Shown here in pieces: positions 14,286 to 29,227 of a stretch of DNA of 248,000 nt. The position numbers and the translations under genes are program-made. Origin of the DNA: Wallemia ichthyophaga EXF-994 (taxonomy: Eukaryota > Fungi > Basidiomycota); the NCBI RefSeq assembly GCF_000400465.1, contig NW_008806281.1, positions 20,001 to 268,000 on the forward strand, given 5' to 3'. The stretch's first letter is position 1; every line of letters begins with the position of its first letter. The notes beneath the pieces were generated by a model. That model was not told the origin of the DNA and did not search any database. It saw only the letters and a list, made by a program, of their open reading frames with translations.

Positions 14286-15620
14286 ATGGCCAGCGACATT
14301 GAATTCGATGTTGAGTCGCTAAAGACCAGCCAAATTCCCACGAACCTGCTCGCGATGATGGCAGAGAATGCTCCGTCAGTCGTCGCAGCCAGAAATCCAA
14401 ACGTTTACGCAGGGAAAGGGAAACAAGCACGTAAATGGAAATGGGAATCATTCACGAATCCAGCGAGATCAGATGGACTACAGCTCCGTCACTGGAAGCG
14501 GCTAGATGAATTCGATGAGCCATACCCGTACGCTCGATTCAACACCACGTCCGAGCCATACAGCTACAGCGAGGATGAGTACGACAGAATGCTCCAAGAC
14601 GTAACTTGGTCGAGGGACGAGACGGACTACCTCGTCAAGCTCATACACGAATTCGACGTGAGATGGCCAGTTATCTGGGACCGCTATGAGTGGAGATCCG
14701 GTAGAACTCTCGAGGATCTCAAAGCGAGGTATTTCGACATCTGCCGCAAACTGATCCAGTCGAGAATTTCGAGCGACGAAAGCAGCACAAACCAGCTTCT
14801 CCAAGCTTATCAATTCGACAAAGGTGTGATTTGGTGTATATGTAGTCAGCTAAACCCCCACTAACACACCAAACCAGAGCGCGAAATGATGCGCAAACAA
14901 TACGTCAACTCGCTCTTCGCACGCACACCACAGCAGATCACCGAAGAGGAGGAGCTCTATATAGAAGCGAAGCGGATAGAGCAAGATGAGCGCAAGTGGC
15001 GATGCGAGCGCGACGAGCTAGTGCGCACGGTGTCTATGTCCCGCAACGAGAAGCGCAAGGCTAGTGGAGGAGCTGATATAGCCACATCCACACTCGCTCC
15101 TATGTCGACATCCAACGAAGAGCAACCACACAAACGCACAGCTAAGAGCGCTGCGTATGACGCTCAGCACTATATCACTCGCCCTTCGTCCCACCTCCCG
15201 CTCAAATCCAGCTCTAACATACCGCCCTTCAGTAGAGCTACCAAACTTGCACAGAAGATAACACCGCAGCGCATCAGAGAATGCCTTCAGAGTATGGGGT
15301 TGAGTGATAAGCTGCAGTACCCGACAGCTGCCAATGTCGCTAAATATGAAGGCGTCAAAGAGGCAACGGCGCAGTTGCAAGAAATACGCAGAGCGCATGA
15401 GAGAGTTGCAAATGAATTGCGCCTCGCTAAGGGCATCAGCGTGTCTGCAGACGAACGGGCAACTGCTTCAACACCCGTGGCCAGAGCGGCGTCAGAACAC
15501 CCTACTCCCACCTCCACGCCAAAACCCACAACACCCGCACCGGAGAACAGCATGGGTCTGAGCACAGACTCAAGTGATCCAAACGAGTCCAACGATCTCA
15601 ACAAAAGACGCAAATTGTAA
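14286..15620 (+). CDS. SWC4: SWR1/NuA4 subunit (DMAP1), SANT domain
   Basis: W..FTNPARSDGLQLRHW, WSRDETDYL, RTLEDLKARYF. Confidence 0.92.
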
Positions 15621-15937
15621 TTGTAATTTATTGTACTCCATATGCATGACTATCTAGATCTGACGATTCTGATAAGGGCGGCTTCCCACTGATAGTGAAT
15701 TGAATAGGCAGTGACGCAACGCACACAAACGCAACAGATTCGGAGAAGATGGGATACTTTCTAGCAACAAAAGAAAGTTTAACAGCCATAGATATCACCT
15801 ATCAATGCTTAAAGATACTTTCGGTGAGAAATTGTCTCTCTTATCTCAGGCACACAACAGCGTTATCAAGATAGTGAGTGATAGAAGAGCCAACTTGAAT
15901 TGGTTTGATTGCCTTAACTAAACACAACGACCACATA

Positions 15938-17700
15938 ATGCAAACGCTTTCATCGTGGCTCAGAGTTGAGCAGTCAATCACAAAGTCAAAAAGAGAGCGA
16001 TGGCTTAGCAACGCGGATCTAGAGCCTGTGAAGTTAGAAAACAGGACGTGGACAAGTATGTCTTTTGTCAACTTCTGGGTCTCAGACAGCATCAACATAA
16101 ATACTCTGATGTTGTGTCAAGCAAACGTTGCGCTTGGACAGACTTGGTGGCAGAGTCTAATTGCAGTTTTCATCGGATATGCCATTACGGCAGTTTTCGT
16201 CATTGCTAGCTCCCGGCCTGGTGCTACTTTTCACTTAACTTTTCCTGTCCTCATTAGACAGTCTTGGGGTATCTTTGGAAGCGTATGGCCCATAATTAAC
16301 AGGGTCGTAATCGCCATTTTGTGGTTCGCAGTCCAGACATACATCGGCGGTAATTGCATACGCGTGATGCTCAGATGCTGGGATCCAAATTGGACGACCT
16401 CTGCGGGGCTCCAAAAGCAGCTAGACACAAATCTCAAGGGTTTTGATATGGTCTGCTTTATCATCTTCTGGTCGCTAATGCTCATACCGACTTACTTCCC
16501 GATTCAAAAAATCAAGCACTTTTTCACGTTCAAGGCTATTGTCGCGCCGCTTGGACTGATTATTTTCTTCGGATGGTCTCTCGGTAGAGCCACTGCAACT
16601 CCATCCCAGGAAGCCACACTTAAAAGTGTCCTCACCAGCCCATCGACGCTCACCTCCTCTGAACAAGGCTGGGAAATGGTCAAAGCGATAGTCAGAGCCA
16701 TCTCCAATGCCGTCACTCTCATCCTCAATATTTCAGACTTGGCTAGTCGAGCTCACGACAAAAAGAATGTAGTCTTTCCGCAGCTCCTCACAGTCCCCCT
16801 CGGATTTTTCATTACGAGTTTCTTCGGAGTAATCATAGCTTCGTGCTATCAAGCCGAGACGGGGATCAAAGAGTGGGATCCTATGGTAATTCTTGACAAC
16901 TTCATCAATCCAGACAGCGCTGCTGTGCGATTCGCGGTGTGGTTTATAGCTTTCTGTCTATGTGTTGCGCAGATGGGCACCAACCAAGCGGCTAATGTTA
17001 TAGCATGCGGATGCGACCTTACCGCATGTCTGCCTTCATACATTAACAACAGAAAAGGCGGCTATATCTGCGTGTTCCTCGGTCTATGTCTCGTGCCTTG
17101 GAGGCTTACAGACGGCGCAACGAGCTTCACCAACTACTTGTCAGGATACTGCGTTTTCCTCTCTGCCATTGCTGGGACTATGCTTTCCGATTACTTTGTC
17201 GTCAGACGCGGACGTGCCAACGTTGCAGACCTGTACAGGGTGGGTTTGACATGTGCTGTCCGGATAATGCTGACTGGAAACAGGCTGAGGGATGGTACAG
17301 CTACACATACGGTGTTAACCTTCGCGCTGTAGCAGCTTACCTCTGCGGTGTCTCGATAAATTTACCAGGCTTTATTGCGTCCACTCCAGGTAACGAAGAA
17401 ATTGTAGGTCGAAGCGCAACACGCATCTATAACCTGTCCTTCTTCACTGGATTTCTAGTCAGCTCGGTGATATACATAGCCATCAGCTACATCTTCCCAC
17501 CTACAGGAGCAGTACCGTTCAATGCACCATTTGAAGAGATTGACTTCAGTGGGTATACGCACGACACTGATTCTATATACGACTTGGAAGTAAATGGTCT
17601 AGGTGGTATGGCGGATGGTGGTATTGCTATTACTACAACCAAGACAGATTCTTCGTCCATCCGTTCCACTCGATCAACCAGGTCAATCGAAAAAGCATAA
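15938..17700 (+). CDS. NCS1 nucleobase/allantoin permease (FUR4/DAL4 family)
   Basis: NADLEPV...RTW...FVNFWVSDS; GVNLRAVAAY. Confidence 0.92.
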
Positions 17701-17802
17701 TGGAGCATTATCTTGTCAAATCATCGGACTTTCTCTTCTCAAAGGGTATTATTGTAATCCTACTCTTATATACTTGTAAAACACATTCATCAGTGTAAAT
17801 TT

Positions 17803-19902
17803 CTAAACCAGAGGTCCAACTTGCACGGAATGCCTGCGTTTCTTTTCTGAAATCTTGACCTCTTTCAAAGCCTGCTTCTGTTGTTTTTCAGCACGCTTCT
17901 TGTACCCATTCATCAACTTCGTTATCATATCCGCTGCTTCACCCTTCAGCAAGTCTGTATTGAAACCGCCTTTCAAGCGCTTCGTGAGAGCATCCAGCTG
18001 CGACTTAGTTGCCGGTGCCCTTCTCCACGGTGCGTCTCGACGTATAAGCGCTGCTTTCCCGCGCATCAGCTTCTCAGTCGCTAGCTTATCGCTCGCTCTA
18101 ATAGCCAGCTTGAAGTCGACGTCGTGCACCAGTGTGATTGGTCTTCTGAACGGCGCCAAACCTACTCTTTTGGCATCTTGGAGTGGTACATTTGTTGGCT
18201 TGTGCGACGCCGTGTACTTTCCCTCGCCTGTGTGCTCGATGCGCAAATCTCCCGCCTGCTGACAACTGAGGACATAAAAACCACCCCGGCAATCCACCCA
18301 GGCGTTTTGGGACTGATTGTACACATTATCCGAGTGCTTGTTTTTGAGCGACTCAAAAAGCGCACGCGGATCGTCGAAGTCGGTGAAAGTGATATAGTCC
18401 GCATGTGGTACTATGTTCTGCTCGTTCTCCTCCTTGAAGAGAGGATGTTCGGAGAGATCGTCTGCATTTCATGAGCTATGTTTGTGCACTAAATATCTCT
18501 ACTCACTTTTCACATCACCTTCGACTGCCTTAGAATCGACACGGTCAAACTCAGTCATATCCAGACCTTCAAGTGAAGGCGCAGCGCTTATATCACCGAC
18601 TTTGTCCAAAGATGCGGCCACATCGAGTATTTTACACTCTGTTTTACCTTGCGCGACTCTCATACCCCTACCTATCATCTGACTAAACAAATTTCTTGAG
18701 CGTGTCGGTCTACACAACAAAATGCAGTCAATGTTGGGTATATCTGCACCCTCAGTGAGAACAGCGCAATTGAGGAGAACTGGATATCTGTATTCTTTGA
18801 AGTCCCTCAAGATTTTCACCCGTTCTTTGGGAGGTGTACCGGAGTGTATGAAGCGAGCGTCTATTCCAGCGTCGCGAAAATCAGCAGTAAGGTTGTGGAC
18901 GTGTTTGAGATCAGCACAAAAAATCAACGTCGATCGACGGTCAGAGCACTTGTCGAGGTATGCAGCGAGCACTACTCTCCTCACAGAGGGAGTATTGAGT
19001 ATCGGTGATAGTGAAGTGACAGTGTAATCGTTTGTTCGCTCCGATATTTTGACTTGAGAGAGATCAATGTCTGTTTTGACGGTAGTGAAGGTGACATTCG
19101 ACAGCCAGCGCTCTTTAATCATATCTAGGAAGTCCTTGTGTATTTTTCAGCGTTATATACTCCAAAAGAAAAAAAAGACACTGACCTTATGAAACACAAT
19201 CTCTTCAAATACCTTGCCAAGTGCAAGACTGTCATGTCTAGAGAATGTAGCGGAAAATCCAACAATTGGAACCTTAGATCCAGTAACCGAATCCTGCTCA
19301 CCGTGTATACTTGGATCGAAATGTGCGAGTATATCAACATACGAGCGTGCAGCTGCGTGGTGAGCCTCGTCAACGAGTAGCAACTTGAAATCCGCTGGGT
19401 CATACTTGGACATTCTCCCTGGTCTGATGAGCGTCTGGAATGTAGCAATGGTGACGTCAGCATCGCCCGTCGCAACGCTGGCACTTTGGTCCATTTCGAC
19501 GCTTGCAGAAGGCCAGCCTGAAACGAACGCGTCGTAGGCCTGACTGGCCAATTCGATGCCGTTGACGATGACGAGCACCTTGCCGGGCTTACTCTCACTC
19601 AGTCTTCTCGCCAGCTCGACAAACATTCTAGTCTTGCCTGATCCAGTGGGAGAGGATACGCCTAGCCTGCTTTTGGGATGCTTTGGCCTGTTTAGCGCGT
19701 CCATTACAGATGCAATGGCTGCTTCTTGATACGGGCGCAGTGTGAATTTCTCAGGAATTACGCTAGCGCTGAGTGAGCGTGTGTGTATTTTACAGGGCAA
19801 AGACAATTTCAATGCCATTCTAAGTGCTTGCGGGTATCGCATCTCAAATGGTATGTTGGGTGTGTTGAAATAAGCAGTCTCAAGCATTAGAAAGCACTTC
19901 AA
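17803..19902 (-). CDS. IRC3: mitochondrial SF2 DEAH helicase (IRC3-like)
   Basis: LRPYQ, PTGSGKT, DEAHH, SATFSR, QMIGRGMR. Confidence 0.88.
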
Positions 19903-19927
19903 AGCATATAAAGAAGATTCTATCTAT

Positions 19928-22900
19928 TTGACATTCAAGTACACTGCTTTACTCGCTTGCACTGCCGTCGCTATCCTCAACATCCTCAACATCCAGCGTT
20001 CTCCTCTCAACATCAAAACCCTCCTTTCTCAAGCTCTCCTCCATTCCTTCCACCTTGGATGGCCCAGAAACGATCACAGCGCTGCTAGTGTCGGCGTTGA
20101 ACAGAGGAGCGATGTACCTTCTCAGCACATCCATCACGTCCTCCTTCTTTACTTCCCTGAATTTAGCCAGAAGCTGCTTATTATAATCCTGCGGTACCTG
20201 CTTGAAGATCTGGTTCACGAAGCTGGACAGAGCAGCAGAGCCGATAGTTGCTTCACGCGAAGTCATCGAGAAGCACAGTGAACTTATCGACGACTCAAGC
20301 GTTGTGTCCTCGAGTGTGATACTGCCGTCAACTAACCCCTTAACTACTTTTCCACCCTCTTCATACGCCCTGAACGCATTTGGTGCTTTGTACACAGTGA
20401 ACATCATCAATCCAGATTCTGGGTTTTGCGTTATGGATGCACCATACGCCAACCCTGTTCCTCTAATATAGCGCCAGAGGTATGACTCGAGTGCATTGAG
20501 CGTACCCAATGTGACCATTAATGCTGGAATGTCTGGATGATCATATCCTTCAACACCTTTGGCGGTGTGCACAGAGAATGACGATTCAATCGATGGTAGT
20601 GGGACAACGACTGCCTTCTTTGATGGGTTTTGACCAAGTGGCAACTTAAAGTCCTTCACCCAAGGCACGGATGCGAGTGGCTTGTTGTTCTCCTCTGGGA
20701 AGTACTTGGCCCATGGCTCCTGTGGACGCTCAAGACCCATTACATTTCCAGCAACACTGACGCGTATTCCGTTTGGCTGAACAACACACCTTCTAAATTC
20801 TTCAAGATCGCTAATGACACCCTTTGGATCATCTTCAAGTCTCTTTATGACAGTTGGGTTGAACTCTGACTGCTCGAGAACAGCATTGGCTTGTTGAAGA
20901 CTGTCAAACATGAGTGACGTCGACATTGCCCACACGACAGTATCACCTTCTCTCTTCTGCTCTGGCAGGCCTTGTTGGATCTTAGCAGCAGTTACCTTCA
21001 GTCTCTCGACATCGAATACGCTACCTGTAAGCAAGTCGCTCAACCACTCAATGGAAGCTTCGTAATATTGCTTTTCAACCTTGACAGACACTTGTAATAG
21101 CTCTGCAAATGTCCCTCTCGAACCAAAGTTAATGTCGTGTTCAAGAGTTGTCTCGTCAAGTGAGCGAACAACAGCCTCGTGCGAGAGCATTGTACCGTCG
21201 CGACGCTTGACTGGTAATGAGAAGAAGGTAGAGAGGAATAGCGACGCGTATGGTCTCAGATGCTTTGGAAGTTCGTTGGTTGAGAGGTAAATGCGAATTG
21301 ATGTAAATGATGATTTTCCATGGTCGTATTGGACAAAAATTGGTGGCTTGCTTGGATCAGACTCAATATGCTTACGGAGCTCATTGTTAGTAGGTGAGGT
21401 GATTGATGCCTTTTTGTACTCTTGACGAGCACTCTCTATTGGGATCCAGGAGATTGAGTCTGTCGATGGTACTTCGAATGACTTGATCATGTCTATAGCA
21501 TCTGTTAGCTAAATAATTGGAATTTAAAACCTCTTCACAAACCATCTGGAATTTCTTTATTGTTTTCCACTTGAGCATCATCAAATACCTTCTTGGCCTT
21601 CTTGATACCCTCTTCACCCAAAGACCTGCGCTGTTCATCCAAACGCTTCTGCTCATTCTCTTCAAGTGTCTTTGCGAGCGTGGCTGATGGCTTTCCTTTG
21701 ACATTGATGAATGGTGCATCGATAAAGCTCCTGCGAGTATGTTAAATTAAAAACTTCCTCGTTAGCACTTCAATACCCACTTCTTTAAAAGCTGTGCCCA
21801 ATCGTCAGACGTCCATTGACTTAAAATGTCACATCTCTTCATCTCAGCCAGCGAGTCTTGAAGATCCTTGCCTTCAGCGTCACCGTAGAGATGATCGGCG
21901 ATGAACATATAGGCGAATGCACTTGCAGCTTGTCTCTCAGCCATGTCAAGCAATTTGACGCGGTCTCTCTTGAGAACGAGAGCCATCCTGTCCATATCGA
22001 AACCTTCCTTTACAATGTTGTTAAGAATTTCCATAAGCTTGCCTTCAACGTTGTCAATTTCAGTAGTCGGTACAGAGGCCAAGTTGAAATGTATAGTGTC
22101 GTTGCAAACACGCTCGCGGTTGTATATGTTGATATCTGTGCAGTAAGGGGAAGCAATCTCAACAAGGTGCTTTTGCAATGGTGAAATAGCAGAGTCAGTT
22201 AAATAAGTGCCGAGAATATCGAGTGCCTTAGTGTGCAAGAAGTCGTTAGTCTTCCCACCGACCCACGACAACTCAACTTCACCAACACTTTCATCCTGCT
22301 CTGGGAATTCAGCGACTGCTCTTTCAGTCTTTTGCAACTTGAGGGGTTCTGCTGAAGGAGTTTCGACGAATGGTCTCTTCCAGCCACGTGGCTTGACACC
22401 AATCTCAATACCTCTCTCCTTAGCATCAGAGATGATACGTGGTTCAATTACATTTTGCATAACATCCAAAAGCTTATCGGTTGGAATATCCCCGGTAACC
22501 ACGAGTGAGAGATTATGAGGAGCGTAGTATTTTTTGTGGAAATCGCGCACTTTGTCTGCAGTAAGCACACGAAGAGCCTCCATTCTACCGCCAGTTTCAG
22601 AGCGATAAGCGCTGTTCTTTGGGTAGATGAGACCACGCTGCTTGTCCTCCATCAAATCGAATGGGGAGGTTGATCTACCCTGCATTTCAGAATAGACGAC
22701 GCCAGCATCGTCACCAGACTCGTTTATGTGGTGAATTTCGGTCGTGTAGCCGGCATCAGTGATAGTTGGTCTGAGCAAGTGGTCCATGTAGACGGGGAGC
22801 ATCCTCAAGAAGCCCTCGTATCCAGCGGTTTGGAGAGTGTAAACGGTTTGATCCGTATCAGTCCATGCATTTGTACCTGCTGCAAATGCTCTATTGGCGA

Positions 22901-23216
22901 GAGTGTCGAGAACGCCCTTATACGGGTAGAGTTTAGATCCAAGGAAGACGAGGTGCTCTAAGGTATGTGGACAGCCGCTGTCGTCGAATATTTCAGTGGG
23001 GACGACAAAGTTGGCCTCGCACATTGGGCTCTCGTGCTTGACTTGAGCTACGCTAAGCCCAGTGACTCTGCTCCTCCAGCGCTCAAGATGTACTGGTGCG
23101 TAATCGACACGCTGGCTAAATACTTTATCGTAATTTCCATAAGATTGTGACATTGTAGATGCTGTCCTTGTATTCGTAATTAAGCTTCTAAGTGGATTCC
23201 CTAATCGACGAAGCAT
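19928..23216 (-). CDS. M16 family zinc metalloprotease
   Basis: GCPHTLEHLVFLGS (HxxEH), NAWTD, GVVYSEM. Confidence 0.9.
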
Positions 23217-23299
23217 AAACGTCGTCGTCGTTACGGAGCAAGAGGCGATTTGGCAGTGTATACAGGAAGTTTACGTTACATATACGCGAAATGGATTTA

Positions 23300-23979
23300 G
23301 CCAGCTAAATATCTTGTTGTATTCTGTGGCGTGGCGTAGCGTGACGATAAGATTCTAACCACTCAGCTACCTCAGATTAGCAGCTTCCGTGCGAGCTTTA
23401 GCTATAAGCCAGATAGCATCTAGATCGCGCTGCAGTTCCGTATTCCAGCGTTCGGTTCCAAATTCCTGCGTGCCGTTTGTGAGAGTCAGCAAGTGCTCGA
23501 TTTCTGGGACAATCTCAGCGCGAGTGCGGCCATTTACGAAAGTGATGAATCTAAGCTTGGGGAACTTGTTCTCGTATGCGTTGTTGAGTGTGTTCAGTCT
23601 GGAAATCGGGAGATAGCCACTTCAGTCGCGAAAATGGATAAACACACTAAACACACCTTTGTAGAACATTCTCAGGCGTCTTCTGAGCCGCTTGCTCTGC
23701 AGCGCTTAGCGAACTCAGCCCGGAGACTTGTCCGATGCGGGGATGTGAATTGACGAATAGCGCCTTTTCAGCGGAATTCCATGTGTTTACGATATTACTG
23801 GCCGCATCTAAGCATTCTAAGTAGCTGCTGCTGCCTGATTTTATATACTCGCTGAGCTGCGGTACCAGCATCGATCTAAGCGGTGGAGATGGCTCAAGCA
23901 CCACTGACAAGAATACAAGAATATGCTCCTGCCTGCTACGCTCAGTCATATTCACTAACTCACTAAAATCAATCATCAT
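23300..23979 (-). CDS. OHCU decarboxylase
   Basis: NSHPRIG...SAAEQ; second exon YEDKFP..FVTFVNGR. Confidence 0.8.
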
Positions 23980-24130
23980 CGTCGATAAGATGCTATGTCC
24001 GGGAATTGAGATAAGCAGGGCTATACGAGCTGTTATCGGCCATGAATCAAGTCCACCGCAGCGGCAATCATTTCAACGGCCAAATCAATCTCTCTTTCTC
24101 TACCACCACCGCCACCACCGCCACCACCAC

Positions 24131-25794
24131 ATGCTTCGCAGCTTACAGCATATCAGACGCTCGAGCAGGCTGGGCTTGCAACTGCGCTCATACGCCAGCA
24201 CTCCAGATCGCAGCACGCACTTTGCTAAGCTCACTCAAGACGATATCCCTTCACTCGCGTCCATCTTCTCTTCACCACACACTTCACTCCTCACAACGCT
24301 CGGCGATAACCCAACAGCGACAAAGGATGATCTCGAGCCATTTAACGTTGATTGGATGGGCAAATACAGAGGCCACTCGTCCATTATCGCGAAGCCAAAG
24401 ACGACGGAGGAAGTGAGCAAGCTTTTGCAGTGGTGCAATCAGCACAACGTTGCTGTAGTTCCACAAGGCGGAAATACTGGCTTGGTTGGTGCGTAAATGA
24501 AATTTCAATCCACACTCGCTCACTTCCCACCAGGTGGTTCAGTCCCTCTGCATGACGAGGTCGTCTTATCACTCTCCTCAATGAACAGCGTCAGGCACTT
24601 TGACTCTCTCTCCGGCTATGTCTCGGTCGATTCTGGCATCGTCCTCGAGAACTTGGATAACTTCCTCGCACAAAAAGGTCACGTCGTTCCACTCGATTTG
24701 GGTGCAAAAGGCTCTTGCCAAATTGGTGGAAACGTTGCCACAAATGCTGGTGGTCTGCGCATGTTGAGATACGGCAGCTTGCACGGAAACGTCCTCGGTC
24801 TCGAGGTTGTTCTCCCAGACGGCAGAATCATTAACGGTATGAAGGGCCTCAAGAAGGATAACACAGGTATTGACCTCAAGCAGCTCTTTATCGGCTCTGA
24901 AGGTGTCCTCGGTGTCGTCACCGGTGTCACTCTTGCCACTCCTGTCAGACCTTCTGCCACAAACGTCGCTGTCTTTGCTTTGCCCGATTACGAATCCGTC
25001 CAGACCGCTTTCTCCTCCGCTAGACGCGATCTTGGTGAGATCCTCTCCGCCTTCGAATTCTTCGATGCTGCCTCGTACAAACTCGTTCGCACCCACGGCC
25101 ATGCTGCCGAACGTAAGACTTTCGAAGACGGTGAAGATGCTCCATTTTTCTGCTTGGTGGAGACCTCTGGCTCAAACAAAGATCACGACGACGAGGTTAG
25201 TCTTGCAAATGATTTTTTCTACTCTAACCAATACACTTTAAGAAACTCGGAGCTTTCTTAGAACAACTTATGGAGTCTGGTATAGTCAATGACGGTGTGC
25301 TCGCACAAGACGAAACTCAGATCGCTCAATTGTGGACCTTGCGTGAAGGTATCCCTGAAGCTGCTGGAAAGGCTGGTCGTGTATATAAATACGACTTGAG
25401 TTTACCAGTCGAGAAAATGTACTCTCTAGTTCCTGAACTTCGCCAGAAACTCGCTGAGCAGGGTCTCCTTGCAGCTGAATCAGAAGGCGGTAATGGAAAT
25501 GGTCCAGTCAAGACAGTCTTTGGTTTCGGTCACTTAGGTGATGGAAATCTCCACATCAACATCGTTGCAGATGCGTACAGATCGGAAGTTGAAAAAGTCG
25601 TCGAGCCTTACATCTACGAATTGGTCGCTAATTACAACGGGTCAATCTCGGCTGAGCACGGCCTTGGATTGATGAAAGCACCTTATGTCTCATACAGTCA
25701 AGACGCTCCCTCACTCGATCTGATGCGCACACTCAAGAAGACACTCGATCCAAAAGGTATCCTCAACCCATACAAGTGTGTCACAGTCGAGTGA
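24131..25794 (+). CDS. DLD2: mitochondrial D-2-hydroxyglutarate/D-lactate dehydrogenase
   Basis: PQGGNTGLVG, GGNVATNAGG, GSISAEHGLG. Confidence 0.93.
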
Positions 25795-25849
25795 ACTATA
25801 TATATAGATTTTATTTTTGTATGTGATTTGATTTTGTTTGTTTAGAAAA

Positions 25850-28800
25850 TAATACAATGCTCGAAATGAGCAAAAAAAAACTAATAAAATCTAATTACCA
25901 TTCAATCTCTTGCTTCAAGAATACATTCTCATTTGTGTTGGAAGTGGCGCCTTTGTCCCTGCTAGCTACTGTCTCCATTTGCGTCTTGTAATCTTGGAGC
26001 CTAGTATTTGCCTCGTTGCTCCGTCTCACCATTTCTATTCTAAGATCATCGTACTTGCGAACAAATTGCTTCCTCAACGCGTCGAATTGGGTAGATTGCG
26101 ATGTTGACATTTGCTCTATCTCAGCCTTGAGTGCGTTGTACTTGTCGTTACTTGCACTGTCAATGCCTGACATCTCGTGTGATTTTTTCTGTGGTTCACC
26201 TATTCTACTCAAGTGGGTCTTGAGATTTTCTATATCTTTCACTATTCCTTTTTCGGTCCATGCGTGTTGGTCAACAATCTGCTTGAGACCGGCAAACTTT
26301 GTTTCCAATTCTCTATTCGAGTTTCTCAGACTAGATTTTACAGTTTCTTCGAAATTCCGTATAAAGTCATTATGGCGGTGTAGGCGAACATGAATACTGT
26401 CGACAGCTTCTTTTTGCTTCCAGCTATCTTTTTTGGAATTATCTTCGACTTCTTTCAGCCTCGCTTCAAATCTTTGTTTATCTTTTACTTTTTCTGCCGT
26501 CTCGCGTGTCTCTCTAGCTTTATGAACCTCAGATGCGTCTTCTTTCTCCTTCTCTAACTTATTCTCAAAGCGCTTAACTTCTTGAAGGATGCCCTCTATA
26601 CCTTGCGTTGGCTGTGTATTCGAAGAATTTCTTGCCTGAGCTATACCTTCGTTGACCTTATTTTCGAACTCTACAAAACGAAGCGTAGATGATGTCAGGT
26701 AGCTGTCCACCTTGATAGACAGCAGCTGAGTTTCTTTCTTCGATTCCATAGTATCATGTCGATATTCTTCTATGCTCTTCTGTAGGTCCTTTTCTAAAGC
26801 TTTCTCCTTGCTGATTTTCTCCTCGTTGCTCTTGAGAGCCTCAATACTTTTAGTAAGCTCGGCGTAATGATTCTTTGCTAACAGTTGCTCTTCATTTACT
26901 CGCTGTAAAGCAGCCTCTCCCGAAGTAGAAATTTTTGACTCCAATTCTATCATTTTCGCTTCACGTTGAGCATCTTTTCGCTTGAGATCCAAGATGGTCT
27001 GTTGAAGCTCTTCATTGCGGGTAGTAGATTTCGTGAGCATGTTCATCATGTCAACTTGCGCACTGAAAAGTTTCATCATTTCAACTTGATTGACGCCAGG
27101 TGATTCCATCCTTTCTTTGCTCTGAGGCTGAGATGCTCTGTCATGCCCCTGATCAGTACCATTTTGCCCCGGCTTAGGAGGCTATGGAGCTGTTAGTTAA
27201 AAGAATAGATATGCGCACGCTCACCAAATCAAATCTTTCACTGTTATTGACGCCTTTATTCTTGTCGTCTGCTTCCTCCTTTGACGCCTGTTTCTTTATA
27301 TTGTCTCCCTCATTAGCGGATCGATCGATAGTGACAGAGGAAGCTTCATGGCGAGGTTTGTTAGAAAGAACTTCTGCGCGCATTTGCTTTCCATTAGCAT
27401 CATTGCCATGCTGTCGCTTAAGGCGCTTGATGTGATCGTCTCTCTCTCTACCTACATTCTCTTCAGCGACCTTTGCTTTCAGATCGTCTGTCTGCTTCTT
27501 TGCTAACTCCGATTCCATAGCTTTAGCCTTCCTGGCGGCTTCGGCTTTCTTGGTCTCGATGACTTGCTGAGCTGCTTCCTGTCTCTCGATTTCCTCCTGC
27601 TTTTTCATTTCTTCATCTCTCCTAGCCTGTCGTACTTCGTCCTTCTGCTTGACTTGCTGTTCAAATCGGAAGTCTTCTTGTCTCTTGGCTTCTTCCTTTC
27701 TCTTAGCCTCCTCTTTCCGTTTAGCTTCTTCTTTTCTCTCAGCTGCTACAGTCTCTTCCTTTCTCTTAAGTGCTACCGCTTCCTCATTTACTTTAGCTGC
27801 TGCTTCTTGTCTGCTGGTGAATTCTTGTTGTCTACTTTCTACCTCTTGATTTAACTGATCCAGAGCTGTCTGATGTTTTGCTTTACCTGACTTCTTGTCG
27901 GCACTATGTTTTTCATTTCGTATCGCTATTTTACTATTAGTGTCTTCAACTTTCCTGGCAATGCTGCGTCTTGCTTCATCATCCTCTCCCTCCGTAACAG
28001 CACTTGGTCGCTTCTTGGAAAATGAAGGAAGGGGTTGAGATTTTCGACGATCGTGTTGAGGGGTGTGTTTTGTATTTTCAGGTGCAGCAACTGAGGAATG
28101 CTTCAGAGGCTCGCTTCTACGCGTATGTTGTTTCTTCTTATTGGCAGGTAGTGAGCTCTTATCGCCATTAGATTCCTCAGACTCAGAGTCCTCGATCCTC
28201 GATCGTTTGAAAGGTTTCTGTGAATGAGCTCGACTTGAAGAGTGGTGGTGACTTGGTCGCGTGGTATGCTCGACTATTTGTACATCGTCTGAATCTGAAC
28301 CAGAGCTTTGAAGGAGGTTGGCTGTGTTTTGCTTGTCAGAATATCCACTTTAAATATGCACGCATACACTTACATTCCTTGCCTCGTGTGAGATTGTTAG
28401 TTACCTCCTCCTCGGAATTGCTTTCAGCAGCACCCTGGATTTGCGCAGGCTGCGATATTCTCTTTGCATTCTCCACATACTGCTGAATCATTTTGCTCTT
28501 TGATGTTTTACCCTTGTTTGAGCTGGAGCTATTGGAGGGTGATTTGGACTTTTTGGTAGATTTAGGGGGCTTCTTATCGATTTGGGAAGGCTTATTGGAA
28601 TTGGGTGTGGATGTGGAACCGGTTCCAGGCTCAGCCAAGTCGTCCTCGTCTGAACTTGAGTCAAGGACTATCGATTGACGTCTTTTAAGTGTATGCATAG
28701 GCGTAGGTGATGCTTTTGTACCAAATCCCGCTATTACATTTGATTGCTTTTGCTTTCCTTGCTTCTCGCTTGATTTGGAAACATTCTGATTGCTATCACC

Positions 28801-29139
28801 AGTCGATTTCAAAGACGAGCTGCTCTTTCGTCTATCACAAGACGCTTCCTTGATTTCTAATTTATTACCGGATTGAAGTGATCCTGGATCTACAGTTTTC
28901 CGTCTGGGTTGCATTGGTAGATTGTGACCTCTAGGTGGTTGATGAAGATGAGTTTCAGGGATTTGGAGTCGGGAAGCAGAGTGTGAATGGATTTGCACAC
29001 AAAAAGAGCTAGCTGACAAACCCTGTACATCTCTCGCAGTCTTTGATTCATTCACAGGGTATCCCTCTGACGCAACCTTGACGTACAGGAAAATCTCAGA
29101 TAAGGCAGGAAGATGATAAGTGCTCATCTCTGCATACAC
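25850..29139 (-). CDS. hypothetical large coiled-coil/low-complexity protein
   Basis: Series of charged, K/E-rich minus-strand ORFs. Confidence 0.5.
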
Positions 29140-29227
29140 AAAGAAAAAAAAAACCTAGAAAACCTATGCATAAATATGGATAAATAAAATGTTCAAAATA
29201 TTCTAGGTTGGAGAGTGCAAAAATATT